NCBI GenBank assembly: GCA_902550555.1
Contig: CACCZR010000001.1
Coordinates: 86,191-150,190 of the forward strand
Reading direction: 5' to 3'
DNA from: an uncultured SAR116 cluster alpha proteobacterium
GTDB taxonomy: Bacteria; Pseudomonadota; Alphaproteobacteria; Puniceispirillales; Marisalimonadaceae
DNA: 64,000 bases
Shown here: one piece after another, positions 45,962-56,625 of the stretch
Layout: each line of letters begins with the position of its first letter
Position numbering within the stretch: the stretch's first letter is position 1
Notes under the pieces: generated by a model
Told to the model about the DNA's origin: nothing
Seen by the model: the letters and a program-made list of their open reading frames with translations, nothing else
The model's database searches: none
Made by a program: the position numbers and the translations under genes

Positions 45962-48900
45962 CTATTTTATTTTATTACCTTTTATTAACAATGATAGATC
46001 TTTTCCAATACCTATCATAGACGGAATTACAACTAAAACTAATATTGCTGTAATACCTAAACCAAATACAATAGTTGCAGCCATTGGAATTAAAAATTGT
46101 GCCTGTAGAGATTTCTCAAACATTAGAGCAGACAAGCCTCCAATTGTTGTAAGCGATGTAAGCAAAACTGGTCTTAATCTATTTATAACTCCAGATATAA
46201 CGGCTTGCTTAAATATCTCTAAATTAATAGTGTTTCCTTTTATTAATTCATCTAATCTTCTTTCAATTGTTGAAACTAATATTATTGAGTTATTTACTAC
46301 TATTCCAGCAAGAGCTAACAATGCGAACATAGAAAGTATTGACATAGTCAAATTTAAAAAATAGTGCCCAAAAACTGCACCTATAAATGATAGAGGAATC
46401 ATTATCATAATGGTAAATGGCCTTAACCATGATTTAAAAACCCATGTTAAAACAATATAAATAATTATTAATCCAATTATTGAACCAATAAACATATCTG
46501 CAAATGTTTCCTTTTGCTCTAGGTCTCTACCAGCAAAACGATAATCAAGATTATATTTTTTAGCTAACTCCACTAATCCATTTTCTAACAAAAAGTTTCT
46601 TGCTTGTGTTGTGTTAACTACAGAAGTGTTTAAATCTCCTGATATAGTAACTTCTCTAAATCCATCTTGACGAGATATTGAAGAAAAAGGAATTTTATTT
46701 TCGATAACTGCTATTTCGGCCAACATAACAACATTATTTTTGGGTCCAACTAACCTTAGATTTTCTAAATTACCATTATTTACATCATCTTGATCTAATT
46801 TAACTCTTACAATAACTTCTTCATCACCTCTAGGAAATGTTGAAACAATTTTTCCATTTATTGCGGTTCTAATTTGAGATCCGATTTCTGATATTGAAAA
46901 CCCTAATGCTCTACCTCTATTATTTAAAATAACCACTCTTTCTTGAACACCTACTTCAAAATTATCATTTACAGCACTTACACCTGGAATTGTATTTACA
47001 ATTTTTAACAAATCATTTGATGCATTTTTTAGAATTTCTAAATCATTTCCTTTTAACCTTATATCTACATCCCTTCCTGGAGGCCCACCACGTGGTGCTC
47101 TAATAATAAGTTTATCTAACCCAGAAACTTTCTCTATATTTTCTTTCCAAACTTTTATAAATTCATTTGTTCTAACTTTTCTTTTGTCTGCAGTTATTAA
47201 TTCAACTACCATTGAGCCTTTAAGATAACTTCCCTTTTTATTTACTGTTTGGTCCGTTTCAAATGAAGCTGATTTTCCAAAATTACTCATACTAAAATTG
47301 ACTAATTTTGGATCGTTTTTGAAATGTAACTTTGTAAGTTGAAGACCTCTTTCTAAGCTATCAATCATTTCATAAGTTTGTTTCTTTTTTGATCCAGGAG
47401 ACATTTCAAAATTTGCTATAATTAAGTCAGATTCAGGTGTAGGAAAAAAACTAAACTGTACCCTACTACTTTTCATCATCCCTATGGAAATAAAAAACAT
47501 CCCAAAAACGGTTACCATTGTTAAATATCTATAATCATAACAGTAAGTTATTATTTTTTTAAAAATACCCTCTTGAAAACTTTTAAACTTATTATCAAAC
47601 CAAATTCTAAATTTTCCAGGTGAATAGGCACCCTTATCAAAATGAGCTAAATGCGCTGGCAAAACCAAAAAACATTCAATCAAACTTGCTATTAGAACAG
47701 CACAAATAACCATAGGAATTGCAATGATTATTTGACCAATTATTCCTTTAATTAAAAATAAGGGCAGGAACGCGCCTACAGTCGTTAACATAGCACAAAT
47801 TACTGGAGCAGACATTCTAGTAGCTGCTACTATAGGTGCATCATTATAATTAAGATTTCTGTTTTCTCTTAAATAATTTGAATGTTCACCTACTACAATG
47901 GCATCATCAACTACTATTCCTAAAGCCATTATTAATCCAAATAATGAAATCATATTTATTGACTGACCAGAAAAAAACATTACACCAAATGTTGCTAAAA
48001 ACGCAATTGGTATGCCTAATGCCACCCATATAGCAGTTTTCCAAGCAAGAAAGACAAATAAAACAATTAAAACAATAATTAATCCTGAAATTCCATTTTT
48101 AACTAATAGAGATATTCTTTCTTTAATTAAATTTGAAGCTGTATTGTAAGTCATCACCTCAATAAAGTTTGATTTCTCTTTTTTAAATTTAATTAATTCT
48201 TTTTCTACGATTGCAGCTGTATTAAGGGCATCACTTGTTTTACTTCTACGAACTGAAATTTCTACAGCTGGATTTCCATTTATATATTGTAATATACTTG
48301 CGTCATCGTAAGTTTCCTTGATTTCTGCAATGTCTTTTAAAATTATTTTTCCACCATCATTAAAACTTTTTATTTGTAAATTTTCAAAATGTTCTACTAA
48401 CCTTTTATCACCTGAAGTTCTAATACGTAACGATCCATCTGCAAAACTTCCTCCTGGTATATCCTTGGATTGCATAGAAATCAGTTTTGAAATTTCATTT
48501 AAAGATAATTTAAATTTTGATACCTCACTTTGAGGAATCTCAATAAGTATCTCTTCATCTGGCAGACCGATTAAATCAACTTTATCAACTCCAGCATTTA
48601 ATAGATTTTCTTTAAATATTTTTGCTTCTTTTCTGAGTTGGGATAAATCTATACTACCTGATAAAACTATTCTAGTAACAGTGTCGTAAAACTCTGCTTT
48701 AGTAATTTTAGGTTTTTTTGTGTCATCAGGAAAATCAATTCTTGAAATTGCATTTTCCACATCAGACATTGCTTTTTGCATATCTGTTCCAAAGTTAAAT
48801 TCTATTATTGAATAACCAAGCCCTTCAACTGATTTAGATATCACCTTTTTAACGCCAGATATTGGACGTAAGTCAGGTTCTAATAGTTGAACAATATTGT

Positions 48901-49099
48901 TATCAACTTCTTCTGCAGTTGCTCCAGGCCATTCTATAGAAACAGATATTGTTTCAACATCAAAATTTGGGAAAAATTGTCTATTTAATTTATTTATTGA
49001 TAAAAAACCAGCCAATAACATCAAAAACATAATAATGTTTGCTGCAGTTTTATGTTTTACAAAAAAAGCTAATATTGAAGATTGAGGAAATTTAATCAA
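45962..49099 (-). CDS. RND efflux transporter permease (AcrB/AcrD/AcrF family)
   Basis: 1045 aa with 12-TM topology and two large periplasmic loops. Paired with an upstream adaptor gene. No outer-membrane factor in the window. Confidence 0.85.
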   Translation of the reverse strand: MIKFPQSSILAFFVKHKTAANIIMFLMLLAGFLSINKLNRQFFPNFDVETISVSIEWPGATAEEVDNNIVQLLEPDLRPISGVKKVISKSVEGLGYSIIEFNFGTDMQKAMSDVENAISRIDFPDDTKKPKITKAEFYDTVTRIVLSGSIDLSQLRKEAKIFKENLLNAGVDKVDLIGLPDEEILIEIPQSEVSKFKLSLNEISKLISMQSKDIPGGSFADGSLRIRTSGDKRLVEHFENLQIKSFNDGGKIILKDIAEIKETYDDASILQYINGNPAVEISVRRSKTSDALNTAAIVEKELIKFKKEKSNFIEVMTYNTASNLIKERISLLVKNGISGLIIVLIVLFVFLAWKTAIWVALGIPIAFLATFGVMFFSGQSINMISLFGLIMALGIVVDDAIVVGEHSNYLRENRNLNYNDAPIVAATRMSAPVICAMLTTVGAFLPLFLIKGIIGQIIIAIPMVICAVLIASLIECFLVLPAHLAHFDKGAYSPGKFRIWFDNKFKSFQEGIFKKIITYCYDYRYLTMVTVFGMFFISIGMMKSSRVQFSFFPTPESDLIIANFEMSPGSKKKQTYEMIDSLERGLQLTKLHFKNDPKLVNFSMSNFGKSASFETDQTVNKKGSYLKGSMVVELITADKRKVRTNEFIKVWKENIEKVSGLDKLIIRAPRGGPPGRDVDIRLKGNDLEILKNASNDLLKIVNTIPGVSAVNDNFEVGVQERVVILNNRGRALGFSISEIGSQIRTAINGKIVSTFPRGDEEVIVRVKLDQDDVNNGNLENLRLVGPKNNVVMLAEIAVIENKIPFSSISRQDGFREVTISGDLNTSVVNTTQARNFLLENGLVELAKKYNLDYRFAGRDLEQKETFADMFIGSIIGLIIIYIVLTWVFKSWLRPFTIMIMIPLSFIGAVFGHYFLNLTMSILSMFALLALAGIVVNNSIILVSTIERRLDELIKGNTINLEIFKQAVISGVINRLRPVLLTSLTTIGGLSALMFEKSLQAQFLIPMAATIVFGLGITAILVLVVIPSMIGIGKDLSLLIKGNKIK

Positions 49100-49116
49100 G
49101 TTGTACTCGTTAAAAA

Positions 49117-50235
49117 TTAATTTAGTTTTATTTTAGTTCCTTCAATATTTGAAGAAAATCTATTCAAGATGATATCTACTCCACCCAAATTGTCATTTTT
49201 TAATAAATAATATCCTGTATTAGAATGAAGAACGTTTACTTGAATTTTTTTTGCTCTTCCGTTTTTAACTACAAATATATATTGTTTATTAAACAGGGCC
49301 GTCTCAGGAATTTTTATAACTGATTCAAATCTTTCTAATGGGTATATAATTTTGACAAAGCTATCAAGTGGGATCATTTCATTAGTATCATCATTAAATT
49401 TTGCAAAAATTTTTCCTCCTCCACTGTCATCATTAATTATACCTTGAAACCTAGTTATTATTGCATTTTTTTTGATTAATTTTTCACTACTTGTTTCCCA
49501 TAGGACCTCAATTTTTTTTCCAATTAATTTTTCTGAAATAGAGAAAATTCTTGCAGGGACAATAAATTCAATCTCAACATGATCTAGAGATCTAAAAGTT
49601 CCTAACATCGAATTGCTTGAAACAAGCAAACCCTCATGAGCATTTACATCTGATATTATTCCATTACTTTTTGCAATTAATGTTGCATCCTTCAAATCTT
49701 TTTTTGCTAACCCAAGATTTATTTTTGAATTATTTAACATTTGTAGACTCTGTGAATATTTTATTAACTCTTCGTCGTAAACAGATGGACTAATAACTTT
49801 TTTTTCTAGCATTATTTTATTTCTATCTAGTTGTTTTTTTCTTAAATCAATTTGTTTTGTCAATTCTTTAATATCTGTTTGAAGTCTCTGAACGATTAAG
49901 ATAAATTTTTCTTCATCTAATTTGCCTAAAACCTCACCTTTTTTAACCTTTCCACCATTTACAAATTTTTCTGATAAATAAGAAATTGTTCCAGACACTC
50001 CAAAACTGAGGTTTCCTGTCCTTTGAGTTTTTACTCGTCCAAAAGCTGAAAGAAAAGGTTCATGATCTTCAATTTTTGCCACTAATGAATTAACAGTTAT
50101 TTCATTTTCTTTTTGAACTTTTAATTTAGGTACTGGTTTTGTCATTTGCAGATAAAAATTTATTAAGAAAATAACTATTATAACAACGACTATGATTATT
50201 ATTTTGAAACTATTTTTTTTCAGCCAATTAAACAT
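49117..50235 (-). CDS. RND efflux periplasmic adaptor (membrane fusion protein, HlyD family)
   Basis: 372 aa. N-terminal TM, lipoyl/barrel-sandwich and coiled-coil hairpin pattern. Located upstream of the RND permease. Confidence 0.8.
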   Translation of the reverse strand: MFNWLKKNSFKIIIIVVVIIVIFLINFYLQMTKPVPKLKVQKENEITVNSLVAKIEDHEPFLSAFGRVKTQRTGNLSFGVSGTISYLSEKFVNGGKVKKGEVLGKLDEEKFILIVQRLQTDIKELTKQIDLRKKQLDRNKIMLEKKVISPSVYDEELIKYSQSLQMLNNSKINLGLAKKDLKDATLIAKSNGIISDVNAHEGLLVSSNSMLGTFRSLDHVEIEFIVPARIFSISEKLIGKKIEVLWETSSEKLIKKNAIITRFQGIINDDSGGGKIFAKFNDDTNEMIPLDSFVKIIYPLERFESVIKIPETALFNKQYIFVVKNGRAKKIQVNVLHSNTGYYLLKNDNLGGVDIILNRFSSNIEGTKIKLN

Positions 50236-50654
50236 TAATAAAGTCCTAATTTGTTAAGTTCATTGTTAAATTCATCATTAAATCCATCATCTGTGATATC
50301 AGGTGGAACGTCTTCATTTTCATAATATCTCCAACCTTGAAATGGTTTCATAGGTGTAGGTCTAACTTTAATTATTTTATTTTCAAGTAAAATGCCAGCA
50401 AACAATTTATTATCATCTCCAACTATTTGTTTAATATTTAAGATCTTTTGCCTTACTAGAACTCTTCTATTTATAACCCAAAACAAAGAACCTCCATTGC
50501 ACAATTCTTTTGATCTTTTTGGTTTATTCCTTGTAATGTGAATAAGTTTACCATTTTTTTCTATATTGTACTTTAATCTTACTTCAAGATCTTCTATTGA
50601 TCTGATGCCCACGGCCAATTTTTTTAGATTCACTGTACTCATTTTGAATTTCAC
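50235..50654 (-). CDS. DUF1489 family protein
   Basis: 139 aa. H.TRNKPKRSKEL..GGSLFWVI...V.RQKIL......P.KPFQGWRY pattern remembered for alphaproteobacterial DUF1489. TAATG overlap with the adaptor gene. Confidence 0.6.
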   Translation of the reverse strand: MKFKMSTVNLKKLAVGIRSIEDLEVRLKYNIEKNGKLIHITRNKPKRSKELCNGGSLFWVINRRVLVRQKILNIKQIVGDDNKLFAGILLENKIIKVRPTPMKPFQGWRYYENEDVPPDITDDGFNDEFNNELNKLGLY

Positions 50655-50674
50655 TATAAATATATATAATCAAT

Positions 50675-52084
50675 TTACAAAATTACCCAAGCAGCAAGGC
50701 CTAAAAATGTAAAAAAACCTATCACATCTGTTGCAGTAGTAAGCAAAATTGTACTTGAAATTGCAGGATCAATTTTAAACTTATTTAAAGAAAGAGGGAT
50801 AAATGTTCCCAAAATACCTGCTAACAAAAGATTTATGACCATAGATGCAGACATAATTATTGCAATTTGAAAGTCATTAAACCAAAGATAAGCTAAAATA
50901 GAAGAAAATATTGCAAAAAGAACACCATTAAACATTCCAACCCATGACTCTCTTAGTACAAATTTTTGTAAATTAATGTAACTTAGCTGCCTAGTAGCTA
51001 AAGCTCTCACTGCCACTGTTACAGTTTGGGTTCCAGCATTACCTCCCATTGAAGCTACTATTGGCATTAATACAGCTAATGCTACAATTTTTTCTATTTC
51101 TTCCTGAAACAAACCAATAACCATAGAAGCAATTATTGCGGTCACTAAATTTATCGATAACCATGAAAACCTATCTTTTAATGTTTTAAATATAGATGTA
51201 CGAATAGAACCATCACTAACTCCACCTAAACCAAAAAAATCTTCTTCCGCTTCTTCTTTTATAACGTCAACAATATCATCAAATATTATTACACCAATTA
51301 TTCTATCTGCTTTGTCTGTGACAGCCAAATCGACAAGAGCATATTGCTGAAACAATAAAGCTATTTCTTCTTGATCTCTTTCAACATCGACCGATTGAAA
51401 ATTGTTATTCATTATATCTTTTAATCTAATAGACCTTTTATTTGAAAGAAGTTTACTAAGAGATAATACACCTAATAATCTTTGCCCTGGATCGATTATA
51501 AATATTGAATAAAAATTTTCATCTTCGACAAATTTTTTGTTCCTCATATAATCTATTGTTTGCCCAACAGTCCAATAATCAGGAAAAGATAAAAACTCTC
51601 TTTGCATCAAACGTCCAGCAGAATTTTCTGGATATGTAAATGCTTCTTCAACAAGGATTCTGTCAGCTTTTGGTAATTTCTTGATAATTGTGTCTCTTTG
51701 ATCTTCTTGAAGATTTTCTAAAATTTCGACTTCATCATCAGTATTTAACTCTGGTAGAGCCTTAGCAATTGCATTAGGCCCTATTCCTTTAATTACGTCC
51801 TCTTGGACTGTGTCTTCAAGATAAACTAAAGTTTCCGGATCAAGTCTCTTTGATAATAATCTTAAACAATTATCAAGTTGATCTTTTGAGAGCCTTTCCA
51901 ACATATCTGCTTGATCAGCTGGATGTAACAAATCAAAAAGAAAAACAAGTCTTTTTTTATGATTATTTTTAATACAGAATTTTATTTCTGTTTCTACTTC
52001 AGAGGTTAGTCCAAAAAGATTATAAATACTATCTCCTTTAGTTGAATCTATTATTGAAACATCATTTTCGTTTTGAATAGACAT
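50675..52084 (-). CDS. mgtE: Magnesium transporter MgtE
   Basis: 469 aa. N-domain, CBS pair and a C-terminal 5-TM MgtE domain (GGNAGTQ...). Confidence 0.9.
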   Translation of the reverse strand: MSIQNENDVSIIDSTKGDSIYNLFGLTSEVETEIKFCIKNNHKKRLVFLFDLLHPADQADMLERLSKDQLDNCLRLLSKRLDPETLVYLEDTVQEDVIKGIGPNAIAKALPELNTDDEVEILENLQEDQRDTIIKKLPKADRILVEEAFTYPENSAGRLMQREFLSFPDYWTVGQTIDYMRNKKFVEDENFYSIFIIDPGQRLLGVLSLSKLLSNKRSIRLKDIMNNNFQSVDVERDQEEIALLFQQYALVDLAVTDKADRIIGVIIFDDIVDVIKEEAEEDFFGLGGVSDGSIRTSIFKTLKDRFSWLSINLVTAIIASMVIGLFQEEIEKIVALAVLMPIVASMGGNAGTQTVTVAVRALATRQLSYINLQKFVLRESWVGMFNGVLFAIFSSILAYLWFNDFQIAIIMSASMVINLLLAGILGTFIPLSLNKFKIDPAISSTILLTTATDVIGFFTFLGLAAWVIL

Positions 52085-52167
52085 AACTCTCCTAAAATAG
52101 ATTTAGATCACATTTACTAATTCATGTTCCTAACTCTAAAAATTGTTAAAAAAAAGACAATTAGAAT

Positions 52168-52545
52168 TTAAATATTTAATTCTTTAAATACTTTTCTAGC
52201 TATTCTCATTGAATCAATACCTGCAGGAGCACCACAATAAACAGTTACTTGCAGAAAAATATCTTTTATTTGCTCTTTAGTCAGTCCATTATTTAAAGCA
52301 CCTTTAATATGTAATTCTAACTCATGTGGTCTATTTAAAGCTGAAATCATTCCTAAATTAATCATTGATCTTTCTTTATCTGACAATGCTTCTTTATTCC
52401 AAACTTCACCCCATGCATATTCAGTAATTAGTTTTTGAAGGTCTGCTCCAAATTCGTCAGCTGTAGCAAGAGCCTTATCAACATATTCATCACCAAGTAC
52501 TTTTCTTCTTTTGCTAAGGCCTTTATTAAACATTTCACTATTCAT
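52168..52545 (-). CDS. Carboxymuconolactone decarboxylase (CMD/PcaC) family protein
   Basis: 125 aa. WGEVW....LS.KERSMINLG...LNRPHEL..H...ALNNGLT..QI.....Q...YCG.P pattern. Confidence 0.75.
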   Translation of the reverse strand: MNSEMFNKGLSKRRKVLGDEYVDKALATADEFGADLQKLITEYAWGEVWNKEALSDKERSMINLGMISALNRPHELELHIKGALNNGLTKEQIKDIFLQVTVYCGAPAGIDSMRIARKVFKELNI

Positions 52546-52554
52546 AATTTTCTC

Positions 52555-53355
52555 CTAAAAATATCCTTTTATAAATAAATTTATACCACATAAAAATAAG
52601 GCTATGTGCGTAACATGATAAAATATTTTATCTGATAACTTTGAATTTAACCATTTACCAAAAAATATTCCAATAGGAATTATAGGAATTAACAAAATAG
52701 TTATAGCAATTGTCTCCATCGTAAATATATCTAATTCCCAAAAAAATGGGATTTTAGTAAAATTCACAAAAAAGAAATAAAAACTCATTATACTTACAAA
52801 ATTCTCTCTCTTTAATTTTAAAGGTAGTAAAAAAATATGAGCAGGTATTGCACCTGATAACGCAATAAAACTTGAAAAACCTGATAACGAAGACCAAGCA
52901 ATACCTTTTTTATAATTAACTTTCACTTTTGTTTTATTAGTGACCTTTTTTTTATATAAATTTTTAAAATATCTTAATGATGTAATTATGGCTAATGATG
53001 CAATTATGTATAAGATAGTTTGATCATCTAAATATTTAAAAAAATACCACCCAACGATTTGTCCAATAAACCCTCCAAGGCACATTATTAAAATAATTTT
53101 ATAAATTGGAAATTTTCGCCAAACATAAATTACCCATAGATCCATCAAAACAATTAGAGGTAAAAATACGGCTAAAACTATTTTTGCAGGAAGTATAAAC
53201 AACATTATAGGAACGCCCAATCCTCCTAAGCCTCCTCCAAACCCAGACTTAGATATAGCTACAACTGAGACAGATAAAAATGCAGTCAAATAAAATAAGA
53301 CTGAATAATCAAAGTTAGAGTAAGTTGTAAATAAATCTTCTAAAAAAAATTCCAT
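52555..53355 (-). CDS. TauE/SafE (TSUP) family anion exporter
   Basis: 266 aa polytopic protein with SKSGFGGGLGGLGVPIML near the N-terminus and an internal repeat. Confidence 0.7.
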   Translation of the reverse strand: MEFFLEDLFTTYSNFDYSVLFYLTAFLSVSVVAISKSGFGGGLGGLGVPIMLFILPAKIVLAVFLPLIVLMDLWVIYVWRKFPIYKIILIMCLGGFIGQIVGWYFFKYLDDQTILYIIASLAIITSLRYFKNLYKKKVTNKTKVKVNYKKGIAWSSLSGFSSFIALSGAIPAHIFLLPLKLKRENFVSIMSFYFFFVNFTKIPFFWELDIFTMETIAITILLIPIIPIGIFFGKWLNSKLSDKIFYHVTHIALFLCGINLFIKGYF

Positions 53356-53407
53356 TATTAAAGTTTATTTATATTTAATTTATTTTATTTATTCTATATA
53401 AAAAAGT

Positions 53408-54313
53408 ATGACCATAAGACCAATTAAGCAAACTTCAATTTCTCAACCAACACTTGAGGGCGCAGGAGTTAAACTGAATAGAGTATTTGGATTTGGGGAT
53501 ACATCACTATCAGATCCTTTTTTACTGCTAGATGATTTTAGAAATAATAAAAAAGAAGATTATATAAATGGATTTCCGTGGCATCCCCATAGAGGAATAG
53601 AGACAATAACATATATTTTAAAAGGTAATGTTGAACACGGCGATAGTCTAGGAAATGTAGGAACTTTAAAAACTGGAGACGTTCAGTGGATGACTGCTGG
53701 CTCAGGTATTCTTCATCAAGAAATGCCAAAAGGAAACGAAAAAGGTGAAATGCATGGGTTTCAATTATGGGCTAATCTTCCATCTTCATTAAAGATGACA
53801 TCACCAAATTACCAAGACATTCCCTCTAATGAAATTAAGGAAATTCATGATGATGATGGTTCAATAATTAGAATTATAATTGGAAATTACAGAGGATATT
53901 CTGGCCCTGTAAAAGGAATATCATCTGACCCAATTTATTTAGATATTTTTATTCCAGCTAATAAAATTAAAACCATTCCTATTGAAGTTAATAAAAATGT
54001 ACTTGCCTATATCTTTGAGGGTTCGGCAAATTTTGAATATGCATCAAAACCCCAAGGAGTAATGGTTGAAAAAATGATTAATGGACAGGAAGTTAACATA
54101 CAGGATATGACTGGAAACAGAACTTTGATTAATTTTGATAGAGGCGATGAGATTAAAATTAAAACCTCAAGTGATGGTGTACGTTTCCTTCTTATTGGAG
54201 GTACACCTATACAAGAACCTGTTGCTTGGCACGGACCAATTGTTATGAATACAAATGAGGAAATAATGCAGGCAATGAAAGAACTTAACAATGGGACTTT
54301 TATTAAAAAATAA
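53408..54313 (+). CDS. Pirin family protein (bicupin)
   Basis: 301 aa. FPWHPHRGIETITYILKG...H.DS.GN.G.L..GDVQWMTAGSGILHQE. Confidence 0.9.
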   Translation: MTIRPIKQTSISQPTLEGAGVKLNRVFGFGDTSLSDPFLLLDDFRNNKKEDYINGFPWHPHRGIETITYILKGNVEHGDSLGNVGTLKTGDVQWMTAGSGILHQEMPKGNEKGEMHGFQLWANLPSSLKMTSPNYQDIPSNEIKEIHDDDGSIIRIIIGNYRGYSGPVKGISSDPIYLDIFIPANKIKTIPIEVNKNVLAYIFEGSANFEYASKPQGVMVEKMINGQEVNIQDMTGNRTLINFDRGDEIKIKTSSDGVRFLLIGGTPIQEPVAWHGPIVMNTNEEIMQAMKELNNGTFIKK

Positions 54314-54326
54314 TTAGGAGAATGAC

Positions 54327-55253
54327 ATGAAAGTTAGCGTGATAGGCACTGGTGCAATGGGATCTATTTATGGATCCTTTTTTGCTAAAAATAATTATGA
54401 TGTATTATGTTATGATGTTTGGGATGAACATGTTGTTGCCATTAACAATAAAGGTTTAAGAGTTTCTGGTATAAGCGGAGATCATACTGAAAAAAAAATT
54501 AGAGCAACAACCAATTTTAATGAACTCAAGGACAGAGACCTTTATATTATTGCTACAAAAGGTGATGCAGTTGGATCAGTAGCCTCAAAACTTGCTGACT
54601 TTGATTTAAGTAGTGCTATTGTTTTGACAATACAAAATGGCTTAGGTGCAGCTGAAAGAATAGAAAAATTCATGCCGACTGAAAATGTCCTCTTAGGAGT
54701 TGCTCAGGGTTTTGGCGCATCAATCAAAGCTCCTGGCCATGCCCATCATAACGGAATGAGCATGATTAGAATAGGCGAAATAAACGGTGGTTTAACTGAT
54801 AGATTGACAACAATAGTTAATGCCTGGGAAAAAGCGGGGTTTACTTCTAAAGGATTTGAAGATATTCAACAATTAATTTGGGAAAAATTTATTTGTAATG
54901 TAGCTTATAGTGGACCTTGTTCTGTTTTTCAAAAAACCATTGGTGAAATTTTAAATGATAAAGATATGACAGAAGTATCAATTCAATGTGCACTTGAAGC
55001 AAGAAAATTAGGTGATCTTAAAAAAATTAATTTTTCATTTGATAATACTGAAAAATATATTATCGATTTTGGAAATAAAATGCCTTTATCTAAACCTTCA
55101 ATGCTTCAAGATGTTGAAGCAAAAAGAAAATGTGAACTTAGCTCCATCAATGGAATGGTTGTAACTTTAGGAAAAGAGTTAAATGTTAAAACACCTTACA
55201 ATTCAGTTGTTAGTAACATCATTTCAGCAAGAGAAAAAGAATATTTACAGTAA
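54327..55253 (+). CDS. panE: 2-dehydropantoate 2-reductase family (ketopantoate reductase)
   Basis: 308 aa. N-terminal Rossmann MKVSVIGTGAMGS and the ApbA/PanE C-terminal helical domain. Family-level call. Confidence 0.7.
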   Translation: MKVSVIGTGAMGSIYGSFFAKNNYDVLCYDVWDEHVVAINNKGLRVSGISGDHTEKKIRATTNFNELKDRDLYIIATKGDAVGSVASKLADFDLSSAIVLTIQNGLGAAERIEKFMPTENVLLGVAQGFGASIKAPGHAHHNGMSMIRIGEINGGLTDRLTTIVNAWEKAGFTSKGFEDIQQLIWEKFICNVAYSGPCSVFQKTIGEILNDKDMTEVSIQCALEARKLGDLKKINFSFDNTEKYIIDFGNKMPLSKPSMLQDVEAKRKCELSSINGMVVTLGKELNVKTPYNSVVSNIISAREKEYLQ

Positions 55254-55262
55254 ATAAATACT

Positions 55263-56624
55263 ATGGATAAAATCGAGCTAATTGGCAAGCCGAATTACAA
55301 AAAGTTAACTGAAGACTATAATTTTTTTAGGCTATTTAAAAAAATTGAAAAAAAATTTGATACTTGTTTTCTCTTTGAATCGCTTGGGGAAGAAAGTTAT
55401 ATTTCAAGATATCATATTTTAGGATTTGACCCTAAATACATAATTTATCCAACTCATAAAAATCTAATTATAGAAAATAAAAATGGTAAGATTGATAAAA
55501 TACACTGTAAAAACCCTTATTATAAAATTAGAGATGTAATCCCAAGTAATATTATTTCGAAAAAATATGCTGGAGGATTAATCGGTTACTTAGGTTATGA
55601 TTGCGTTAATTATTTTGAACCAAGTTTAAATATAAAAAATAATGATGACTTCGAATCATTTAAATTTGGAGTTTTTTTAGATGGCCTTGTATATGATCAA
55701 GTTACAGGTGAGATATTTTATTATTATTATGATGAAGATAGATTTGATCTGATTGAAAAAATTCTAAATGAAAACTTTGAAGATAATTCAAAATTGTCTT
55801 GTAGCTTTCTAAACAACTCAATGACTAATGATGAACATAAGCAGCATGTACAACAAGTTAAAGAAAAAATTATTGATGGCTATGTATTTCAATGTGAAGT
55901 TGGATTTAAAAGTTTTTATGAAGTGAATGGAGACACTACTAAAATTTATGAAAAACTTAGAATTGTTAATCCATCTCCACATATGTATTATCTGAAATTT
56001 AAAGATCAAAAAATTATTGGTGCTTCTCCTGAACTTTTATTTAGATTAAAAAATGGTGAAATGGAAACCTATCCATTAGCGGGAACAACTAAAAGAGGGA
56101 AGAATTCTCGAGAGGATACACAGCTTGCACGTGAATTACTCAATGATCCTAAAGAGATTGCAGAGCATAACATGCTTGTTGATCTCCATAGAAATGATAT
56201 TGGAAAAGTTGCTAAGTTTGGAACTGTAAAAGTTAGAAATTTAATGGATATAAAACGTTATTCTCATGTTCAACATATATCTTCTGAAATTGTTGGAATT
56301 ATTGATGATAAAAATGATATGTTTTCTGCATTAGCATCAAATTTTCCAGCTGGAACTTTAACTGGTGCACCAAAAATTGAAGCCATGAAGATTATCAATG
56401 AAATTGAAACTTCTGGTCGAGGTCCATACGGAGGTGCCATTGGTCAATTTGGTTTCAATGGTGATTGTACTTTTGCAATTCCTATAAGATCAATTTTCAT
56501 TAAAGGCAAAAATGGTTTTATTCAAACATGTGGTGGTATAGTCCATGACTCTATTCCTGAAAATGAACTACTTGAAATTGAAAGAAAACTTGCTGCAATG
56601 AAATCAGTTCTAGAAAGTTTTTAA
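55263..56624 (+). CDS. Chorismate-utilising aminase component I (anthranilate synthase TrpE / aminodeoxychorismate synthase PabB family)
   Basis: 453 aa. LFESLGEE...SRY N-terminal motif, YPLAGTTKRG, and GTLTGAPK...E...RG.YGGAIG. No trpD follows, so the TrpE versus PabB question is unresolved. Confidence 0.8.
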   Translation: MDKIELIGKPNYKKLTEDYNFFRLFKKIEKKFDTCFLFESLGEESYISRYHILGFDPKYIIYPTHKNLIIENKNGKIDKIHCKNPYYKIRDVIPSNIISKKYAGGLIGYLGYDCVNYFEPSLNIKNNDDFESFKFGVFLDGLVYDQVTGEIFYYYYDEDRFDLIEKILNENFEDNSKLSCSFLNNSMTNDEHKQHVQQVKEKIIDGYVFQCEVGFKSFYEVNGDTTKIYEKLRIVNPSPHMYYLKFKDQKIIGASPELLFRLKNGEMETYPLAGTTKRGKNSREDTQLARELLNDPKEIAEHNMLVDLHRNDIGKVAKFGTVKVRNLMDIKRYSHVQHISSEIVGIIDDKNDMFSALASNFPAGTLTGAPKIEAMKIINEIETSGRGPYGGAIGQFGFNGDCTFAIPIRSIFIKGKNGFIQTCGGIVHDSIPENELLEIERKLAAMKSVLESF

Positions 56625-56625
56625 C

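Noticed and set aside
45939-46364. 141-aa plus-strand ORF antisense to the RND permease 3' end; similar short ORFs at 48318-48533 and 48897-49085
   Set aside because: The RND permease frame is continuous over 1045 codons with typical TM architecture. The antisense ORFs are shadow ORFs.
52085-52167. Possible Mg2+ (M-box) riboswitch upstream of mgtE
   Set aside because: The leader is only ~83 nt, extremely AT-rich and shows no extended helices. This is far too short for an M-box.
54227-54242. TGGCAC hexamer inside the pirin gene
   Set aside because: There is no GC at the -12 position (TGGCAC-GGACC-AATTG) and the site is intragenic, so it is not a sigma54 promoter.
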